This document shows positions 16,101-22,500 of a DNA stretch of 26,624 nt, one piece after another; the first letter of the stretch is position 1, and each line of letters opens with the position of its first letter. This stretch comes from a virus (taxonomy: Duplodnaviria > Caudoviricetes). Below the pieces are notes generated by a model. It did not search any database, had not been told where the DNA came from, and saw only the letters and a list, made by a program, of their open reading frames with translations. The DNA is taken from positions 1 through 26,624 of the IMG/VR virus record IMGVR_UViG_3300031647_000934. The stretch is one strand, 5' to 3'. Both the position numbers and the translations under genes were made by a program.

Positions 16101-17456
16101 AGTTGTAGTATTTCTACTAGTAGCGGTGCCTCTGCTAGTAAGCAAAGCAGTATTAAAACTAGAAGTATAAACAGTGTTGGTAGCTAAGCTAGTATTAAAT
16201 ACAGAAGTTGTGTTATAGTTCGTAGTAGTACTTTTGCTTGTATTAGTATTAAATACAGAAGTTGTAGCTTTGCTTGTAATTCTGCCTGTTGCAAAAACAG
16301 TGCTAAAAGTAGTACTTGTTGCTCTGGTAGTAGTAAACGTAGTTGTTGTGCCAAAGCCTGTAGTAGTATTTAAGGTAGTAGTTGTAGTAAAAGTTGTAGT
16401 CGTACCTCTACTTGTAAGTAAACTAGTATTGAAAGTAGAAGTATAAACAGTGTTAGTAGACAAGCTAGTATTAAATACAGTATTAGTAGTAAAGGTAGTT
16501 GTAGTTCCTACGGTAGTACTTGTTGCAAATACTGTACTTGTACCTACATCCGTTAAAATAGAAGTAGCTCTGTCAGTATTGTAAGAAGTAGTAGTAGAGA
16601 CTTCAGTAGCAAATACACTATCTGTACTGAATGTAGTATTGTACGCTGTTGTTGTAGACAACGTAGTAGCGAAAGTGGTGGTAGTACCTCTAGTAGTTAT
16701 ACTGCTCGTTGCAGTTGCTCTAGTTGTATTGAATACGGTATCTGTGCCTCTGCTAGTACCTGTTGCACGAGACGTTAGTGTTGCTACAGTAGTAATATTA
16801 GTAGTCTGGAAATTAGTGTCAAACGTAGTAGACCTACTTGTAGAAGTAGCCCTAGTAGTATTAAAAGTTGTAGTCGTACCTCTTGAAGTACTCGTATCCC
16901 TGCTAGTATTAAAGACTGACGTTGTGGCTCTGCTTGTTAGTAGGCTTGTGTCAAATACAGTATCAAAGGTAGTTGTAGTGCTCTTACTTGTACTCCTACT
17001 CGTTTCATATATAGTGCCACTAGCTCTAGTAGTTTCGTATACTGTTAAGTAAGCAGTAGTTGTAGATACTGTTGTTCCTTTTGTAGTTTCAAAAGTAGTA
17101 TTAAAAGTAGTACTGGTAGCCTTACTAGTAGATAAAGTTGTCTCAAAAGTAGTAGTAAACGTAGTCGTGGTACTAACGGAGGTCGCCGTTAAAGTATCAA
17201 AAGTAGTATTAAACGTAGTAGTAGTATTCATACCCGTAGTTACAGAAGTATTAAAAGTAGTTTCAAACGCTGTTACAGTATTAAAAGTAGTCGTAGTACT
17301 TCTATCTGTTGTATATATGCCTTCCCATACGGTATGAAAAGTATTCGCACCTTTTCCTAGGACAAAGTTAACCCCTCTGAGAGTCCCCGAATTGCCTTTA
17401 ACAACAATCTGGGAAGGCTCAACAAGACTTCCGGAGTGATAAACTTTAATAGTCAT
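13170..17456 (-). CDS. Giant Thr-rich fibre-like protein (1428 aa) with two mirror-complementary repeat arms and a central domain
   Basis: Uninterrupted ORF in the tail-fibre locus. About aa 50-679 and aa 768-1400 are built from 4- and 6-residue T-x-(T-x)-[F/Y/R/K/L/V/I]-x units. About aa 680-767 is non-repetitive and Gly/Tyr-rich. Confidence 0.85.
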   Translation of the reverse strand: MTIKVYHSGSLVEPSQIVVKGNSGTLRGVNFVLGKGANTFHTVWEGIYTTDRSTTTTFNTVTAFETTFNTSVTTGMNTTTTFNTTFDTLTATSVSTTTTFTTTFETTLSTSKATSTTFNTTFETTKGTTVSTTTAYLTVYETTRASGTIYETSRSTSKSTTTTFDTVFDTSLLTSRATTSVFNTSRDTSTSRGTTTTFNTTRATSTSRSTTFDTNFQTTNITTVATLTSRATGTSRGTDTVFNTTRATATSSITTRGTTTTFATTLSTTTAYNTTFSTDSVFATEVSTTTSYNTDRATSILTDVGTSTVFATSTTVGTTTTFTTNTVFNTSLSTNTVYTSTFNTSLLTSRGTTTTFTTTTTLNTTTGFGTTTTFTTTRATSTTFSTVFATGRITSKATTSVFNTNTSKSTTTNYNTTSVFNTSLATNTVYTSSFNTALLTSRGTATSRNTTTSYNTNTVFNTTTAFNTSLSTNTVYTSSFNTNRGTATSRNTTTAYTTSSVFNTSRATAESRGTTTSRNTTTTFGTTTAYTTGTTFVTSKGTTTTFGTTTAYTTATTFGTSKSTTTTFGTTTAYTTATTFGTSKNTSTTFGTSRATSTTFVTSKATSTTFVTSFNTARTTTFVTSKNTARTTTFGTVVGTLTTFGTSKNTSRTTTFGTAKPTTFVTSKNTSRTTTFNTTGAGSYGAAQYSLTAPTYYVGSSNFNATNYYIWNGTTVGTTTSGGGSNPTGTLTAGGYVYEDAGAVTASTVGKGMVAYYSRIKRRLVSATFSTSRTTTFGTSFNTSRNTTKNTARTTTFVTSFNTSRNTTTTKNTARTTTFVTSFNTARTTTFVTSKNTARSTTTSFNTARNTTTSFNTAKNTTTSFNTARNTAESRTTATSRGTTTSFNTARNTAESRTTATSRGTTTSFNTARNTAESRTTQTSRASGTVFTTTTAYTTSSVFNTSRATAESRGTSTTFGTTTTFVTGIVTNRNTTTTFVTSKATATLRATGTSKSTSTTFGTTTTFTTTFTTSIGTNRSTTTVYTTTRATGTSRATTTVYATATSVATTTTYTTTFDTSLATSKNTTTTFNTGLTTATSRSTVSAFLTNTTRSSTTQFTTTFNTGIVTNRGTTTTYATTLGTLTTRATTSTFNTNTSRTTASTYTTTFTTTFGTSKATTSVFDTSLAVSTARGTSKSTTTTFNTSAATTTTYTTTFNTTTTFNTTRATTTSFNTTTAFNTTTTYTTAYDTALGTSRTTTFNTTTTFNTTLGTTTTFNTSTVFNTTISTSTQFTTTFGTALSTSVATTTSYNTVFNTNRNTTTAFETSLGTSKSTVSSFDTTFDTTGSTSLSTTTTYNTGFDTNNTTTRTTTTAFNTAFATSLGTSASTATGVTTVFETLRTTNLSTSTSNSTSTVVFERGTATGQTTEVASGSDYNTSYWDGSQWTE
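14679..14876 (-). repeat. 3 x 66-bp tandem repeat (TTTSFN-TARN-TAESRT-TATSRG) in the C-terminal arm
   Basis: Near-identical DNA copies, e.g. ctctctgcagtattacgagcagt(a/g)ttgaaagaagtagttgta at 66-bp spacing. Confidence 0.9.
15702..15899 (-). repeat. 3 x 66-bp tandem repeat (TTTTFG-TTTAYT-TATTFG-TSKx) in the N-terminal arm
   Basis: Near-identical DNA copies, e.g. cagtagtatacgctgtagtagttccaaacgtagtagtagta at 66-bp spacing. Confidence 0.9.
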
Positions 17457-17457
17457 A

Positions 17458-17709
17458 TTAGACTATATACCAAACATATCCTGCAGGCTTACCGTTGCCG
17501 TTAGTAGGAGTTGTGGTAGTGACTTCCCACATATCATTTGTAATTTCAGATAAAGCATGAGGGTTAAGGGTGAGAATACTATCATCACCCTTTTTCATGT
17601 ACACTCTACCGTCTGTGGTATTTATAGCAAGCTCTCCCAAAGCAATTTGGGAAGCTGTGGGCGCGTTGCCCGTTGCCGCAGAGCGTTTTAATTTAATAGT
17701 TTGTGCCAT
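17458..17709 (-). CDS. Small tail-fibre-associated protein with Mtd-N/hyaluronidase-N-like N-terminal domain
   Basis: MAQTIKLKRS...APTASQIALGELAINTTDGRVYMK matches the 'IklKRs...p..l..GEla.nt.dg.ly' fibre module. AGGAG RBS. Confidence 0.7.
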   Translation of the reverse strand: MAQTIKLKRSAATGNAPTASQIALGELAINTTDGRVYMKKGDDSILTLNPHALSEITNDMWEVTTTTPTNGNGKPAGYVWYIV

Positions 17710-17755
17710 CTGGCTCTCCTAGTACTTGCGTATATACGCTAGGGATTTATATGAA

Positions 17756-18739
17756 TTATGAGTAAGTGCCACCGTCAAGAACACCTGTAAAGGTCGCTGC
17801 AAAATTAGCCGCTGTTAGTAATACTGAAGTAGCACTTCCATCGCTGACTGTCCAGTTATCATTTGTCTCGTTCCAAAGAAGAGACACATTTGTTGCATTT
17901 CCTCTTTCTACTTCAAGACCTGCATTTGCAGAGGGTGTGCCCGTCTCATCACTGTTTAATGTCATAATACTATCGCCTATAGCGACTGTATTAGAGTTTA
18001 CGGTAGTTGTAGCACCTTGAACTGTTAAGTTACCTGCAATGACTAGTGTTCCTGTATCATCACCGTGTGTTGCAGGATCAATTGTCATGGTGGAAGGTCC
18101 ACGTATGTACCCTGAAGTAGTAATATTACCACAACCAATGGTACCAAAAGTAACGTTGCTATTGGTTGCAACAGCCTGTCCAATACTAAACGCACCAGAA
18201 CCACTAAGAGTTACTCCTGTGCCTCCAGATACGTATGATTGTACGTCACTATCGCCATACTGTGCAGCTGCTGAAAAGCGTAATTCAGCTCCGACCTTAG
18301 ATACAGAAATATTACCATGATTAGAGTGGTTTAGTATCGTATCTGCTCTAGTCGATACTCGTGCATCTGTAAAGTATACGTTACTAGATCCTTCACTTAG
18401 ATCATCAGTATCATGTGCAGAAATACTTGTAACAGTTCCAGCGCTTCCACTAACGTTACCTGTCAAATTTGCAGTAATTGTTCCTGCACTAAAGTTACCT
18501 GAGCCGTCTCGCAGAACGAGCTTGCTTGCAGTATTAGAATTAGTTGCAGCATCAATTATAGCAGTGTAGTAAGAACCACCAATAATTTCGGGAGTGTCTC
18601 CACCGCCGGTTTGTGCTCCAATGGCTAATTTCTTACCATAAGTACCGCCTGTACCATAGGCAAAGAATAACTCGCCTTGAGCAACGCTGCTTGGTTTTCC
18701 TGTTCCGGTACTTCTTTTAATTTTAATAGTTTGTGCCAT
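17756..18739 (-). CDS. Tail fibre-type structural protein (327 aa)
   Basis: Same N-terminal module (MAQTIKIKRS...QGELFFAYG). Fibre motifs LVLRDGSGNFSAGTITANLTGNVSG, TDDLSEGSSNVYFTDARV, GNLTVQGATTTVNS, AGLEVERG and C-terminal LDGGTY. Confidence 0.75.
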   Translation of the reverse strand: MAQTIKIKRSTGTGKPSSVAQGELFFAYGTGGTYGKKLAIGAQTGGGDTPEIIGGSYYTAIIDAATNSNTASKLVLRDGSGNFSAGTITANLTGNVSGSAGTVTSISAHDTDDLSEGSSNVYFTDARVSTRADTILNHSNHGNISVSKVGAELRFSAAAQYGDSDVQSYVSGGTGVTLSGSGAFSIGQAVATNSNVTFGTIGCGNITTSGYIRGPSTMTIDPATHGDDTGTLVIAGNLTVQGATTTVNSNTVAIGDSIMTLNSDETGTPSANAGLEVERGNATNVSLLWNETNDNWTVSDGSATSVLLTAANFAATFTGVLDGGTYS

Positions 18740-18754
18740 TGGCTACTCCAAATC

Positions 18755-19099
18755 CTAATAGGACCCTGCGTCAAGTGTGTCGGAATCTCCTGCGGATTGT
18801 CCTACTATTATAGGAACCCACTGAAATACGCCACTGCTTGTTTCGCGATATATTTTAAATTGATTGTCGTCTTTATCATACCATGTGTCTCCTTCTGAGA
18901 CTTGTGAACCTGTAGGCACGGCATCTTGCCTAAAATTATTTCCTGCTAGCTCTTCTAGTGCTTGTTGTACGTTAACGGCTGATAGGCCCGTAACTGAGGT
19001 AATTCCCAGTCCTGCTGCAGAAGTGTTTCCAATAGCTACCGTTTGAGACTCTACAACTATACCTCTTGAGCTGTCTCCTACTGTTATAGAAATAGCCAT
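18755..19099 (-). CDS. Small virion structural / fibre-adaptor protein (114 aa)
   Basis: AVNVQQALEEL, 'PT....EGDTWYD....FKIY' and C-terminal LDAGSY motifs typical of fibre-associated proteins. TAATG coupling to the upstream gene. Confidence 0.65.
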   Translation of the reverse strand: MAISITVGDSSRGIVVESQTVAIGNTSAAGLGITSVTGLSAVNVQQALEELAGNNFRQDAVPTGSQVSEGDTWYDKDDNQFKIYRETSSGVFQWVPIIVGQSAGDSDTLDAGSY

Positions 19100-19437
19100 T
19101 ATCTTGTAACCTCCTGTGTCAGTGTTACCGACCCTTGCAGTAATCTTGTTACAATAGCATTATTAGCAGTAAAAATTTCTAAGTCATAGAAAAAAGTACC
19201 CGCAGTAAGATTTGAACTGGTATTATTAGGTAAAGACATTATAATTATTCCAGCAGTAGGTTGAGCAATGGCACACGTAAAGGTAGCAGCTATACTAGCA
19301 CTATTCTTGGAAGCTCTGAGCTGAGCGCGCGCAGTATAGCCTGTTAAATTTTTAACTGTATCGTCTTCTTTAATTGTAAAGCTAAGGGCAAAGTCGGAAC
19401 CTTGGTCAATAACTAGGTTGTATCGGGCAGCACTCAT
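19099..19437 (-). CDS. T5 p132/LtfC- or BppU-N-like beta-sandwich collar protein (fibre anchor)
   Basis: YNLVIDQGSDF, NLTGYTARAQLR and YDLEI...VTRLLQGSVTLTQEVTR. Sits between the tail hub and fibre genes, as T5 p132 does. GGAGG RBS. Confidence 0.65.
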   Translation of the reverse strand: MSAARYNLVIDQGSDFALSFTIKEDDTVKNLTGYTARAQLRASKNSASIAATFTCAIAQPTAGIIIMSLPNNTSSNLTAGTFFYDLEIFTANNAIVTRLLQGSVTLTQEVTR

Positions 19438-19457
19438 TTGATTTCCTCCATTACAGA

Positions 19458-19500
19458 ATTATAGCTAACTTGGGTTATTATGTCAAGAATTATTTTTTTC
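19458..19500 (-). promoter_or_regulatory. Consensus sigma70 promoter driving the collar/fibre/accessory genes
   Basis: On the - strand: GAAAAAAATAATTC-TTGACA (19486-19481), 17-bp spacer, TATAAT (19463-19458), then the GGAGG RBS of the p132-like gene. Confidence 0.9.
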
Positions 19501-19506
19501 ATGGTA

Positions 19507-22500
19507 CTAAGCAAGATTTCCTATTTTAACACGCAGATTACCTCCTGCATATATTTTAATTACGTTATTTGTTCCATCCATAAAAATTCGGTCATTACCA
19601 GAGGACGCAGAAATATGTAGCTGCTCAGACTGAATAGCGTCGGCCACGATTACACCTGTATTGATTAAGTCCTTGGATACCCACGCTGAGCCACTATATC
19701 GGTACCCGGCCTGTACACCACTAGTATTCTCTACAATTGCTATCTGTCCTGCTGCGGGACCGCTCACATTAATATGTGCAGTATCAGTACTAGAGTCTCC
19801 GGATAAAAAGAATAAGAAACCGCTCGGCCCAGTATCTCCATCTTCTCCGCTAGCCGCAAATAGTTGAGCAGAGCTCCAGTCACCAGCCGCTACCGTATCT
19901 GTGCTACCCGTAGAGGATGCGATTGCAGTACAAATGTATAGGTCAGTAGTACCACCCGGAATAGTAGAAGTCCAACTATTTCCTAGACTTGAACTATTAA
20001 ATACACCCGTTGAGAAAGTATAAGTACGAGTAGTACTAGGCTTATTGCCAGGGTTACTAGTAGATCTCTTATAAGCAAAGACAGGAGCAGTGTTTATTCC
20101 ATTAGCACCATCATCTCCATTACTACCGTTACTACCGTTAGTACCGTTACTACCGTTAGTACCGTTAGTACCGTTATCTCCATTAGAAGAGAATAATTGC
20201 GCGGCCGTCCAGTCTCCTGCCTCAACAGTATCAGTAGCGCCTGTGCCATTTGCAACTGCGGCGCAAAAGTATAAATCAGCACTGCCTGTAGGAATAGTAG
20301 AAGTCCAACTATTTCCTAAACTTGAACTATTAAAAGTACCTGCAGCAAAAGTCCAAGTACGAGTAGTACTAGGTTTGTTGCCAGGGTTACTAGTAGATCT
20401 TTGATACGCATAAACAACTGCGGTATTAATACCCGAGCCTCCATCGTCTCCATCAGAGCCAGCAGCGCCATTAGCGCCTGTTATAGTTTTAGTTAAAGAT
20501 TGTATTTTTGAAAAACTAAAAGCAGTTCCATTTGCTCTTTTACCCGTGATGTTATAAGTAACAGAAGCTACGTTAGCGGTCATAGAGCTGTGGTTTCCTA
20601 CTGTTGCAAAGTCTCCACTGTCGGCAACACTTCCTGCAGTCACAGAAACTCCTGTTGTCGTCACTTTCCACCTAGAGCTTGCAGTACCTACTCCGTCATA
20701 TATAAGCTCGGTGGTACCTTCGTATAGTCGTATAGTAGTGCCAGAGCCAGTATATGTAACAGTACCGCCTGCCGTAGTTAAGAGAGAGTGATTTTCATTA
20801 GATAAAACTACTGTAAGACCATCAATTCCAGCAGCTCCATCATCTCCATCGTCTCCGTTAGAGGCAAAAAGTTCGGCAGCACTCCAATCAGCTGCAGCAA
20901 CATTATCAGTAGAGTTAACACTGGAAGCTACTGCGGTACATATATAAATGTCATCAGTACCAGAAGGTACTGTTGAAGTAAATCCATTTCCTAAATTTAT
21001 GTTATTAAATGCTGCTGTTGAAAATGTCCAAGTACGAGTAGTACTAGGTTTATTATTTACTGCACTTGCAGATCTCTTATAAGCAAAGACAGGAGCACTA
21101 TTAACAGCATCAGCACCATTGGATGCAAATAGTTGAGGTGCGCTCCAATCAGACGCAGCAACACTATCAGTATCTGCCTCAGCCGCTGATACTGCTACGC
21201 AAACATATACATCATCAGTACCTGAAGGCACTGTAGAGGTCCACCCGTTTCCTAAATCTGTGTTGTTAAAAGTACCTGTAGCAAAAGTCCAAGTACGAGT
21301 AGTACTAGGTTTGTTGGAAGACGCTAAGGCGCTGCTAGCTCTTTTGTATGCGTAGACCGCAGCTGTATTAACTCCTTGATCTCCATCCACCCCGTTAACA
21401 ATGTCCGTGGTCGTAGCTGAAACAGACCCTACATATACGGAGTTTAATTCTTTAATAACAGTAGTAGAATTAACAACCGAGTAACGAACCCAGTAAAAAA
21501 AGGTGGCCCCTCCTGTAACAACGGCATCTGTAAATTCTCCTGTGGCACTTTTTAATCCAGATTTGCTTAGACCTACAATACTTGCGGTTGAAACATCATT
21601 AGAACTAGACCTCCATATCTCCGTAGTATGAGTAGCGGAATTAAATTTAGCTGAGTTAGTCCACGTAAGTCTTGCACCCCCTTTCAAACTATTAGCAGGT
21701 ATGGAAAGATTGGTATGAGGAGCTATTGTTACAATTGCCGGAGCTCCACCGTCTGAACCTGTTACAGACCCTCCGTCAATCGTAGAGATTAAGAAAGCTT
21801 CTTCACTGTGTTCTTCGGCAGTTACATTAACAAGACAGTCTTCTGTAAAAGTTAAGTTACTAAGTCTAAAGAGTTTATCTGACCAGTTAAATCTAGTGTT
21901 TGTTACTTTTATTAAACTACCTGCTGTTAGCAATAAACCTTTAGGCTCCATTTTAAACGCTATTTTTAAGTTCTTGCGGGATTCTTCAAGATACTGTTTT
22001 GCATTTATTCTTGCGTTAAAGTAGTTAGTAATGTAAGGAGTTTTTAGGTTTCCTTTCTTTGGAACATTTCGATCTTGCTTTATATAGGTAGAGTTAATAA
22101 AGTTTACACTGCGACCGTTGTATCTGTTTTGAGGGTCGGGAATAGAAACAGAAACACTATTAAAAGTACCTTTTTGTCCTGCATCCTCAACATTGATAGC
22201 TCCAATTATATCATCGTCTCCGATACTTTGAGCAGTACCAAAGGTATCAGTTGCTGTCTTTACTACAATTTCGTACTTTCCATTAACGTATCGAAGCATA
22301 CCATTAAAATGTGCAAGCATAGCATTAATATTTTCAAATACAGAACTAGTTGTGTTAACAATAGCATTGGTTTGATGCCTAGTCACTTGACTTTGGCTAG
22401 GAGAATCCCACCCTAAGTATCTCCAATATTTTACATTATCAGCATCATACAAAGAGTATCCTGTTCCAAAGCTTGTAGTATTAGAGTTATATTTTTTAAC

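Noticed and set aside
13666-17052. Long Val-rich + strand ORFs (13666-14025, 14047-15189, 15433-16032, 16234-16446, 16639-17052)
   Set aside because: Antisense shadows of Thr-codon runs (ACT/ACA repeats read GTA/GTT on the other strand). They are opposite to the operon and have no independent evidence.
13170-17456. Thr-rich gene as eukaryotic mucin contamination, assembly artefact or DNA-level palindrome
   Set aside because: It is almost free of Pro, tightly joined to phage genes on both sides, has diverse synonymous codons over most of its length, and its arms are not reverse complements in DNA.
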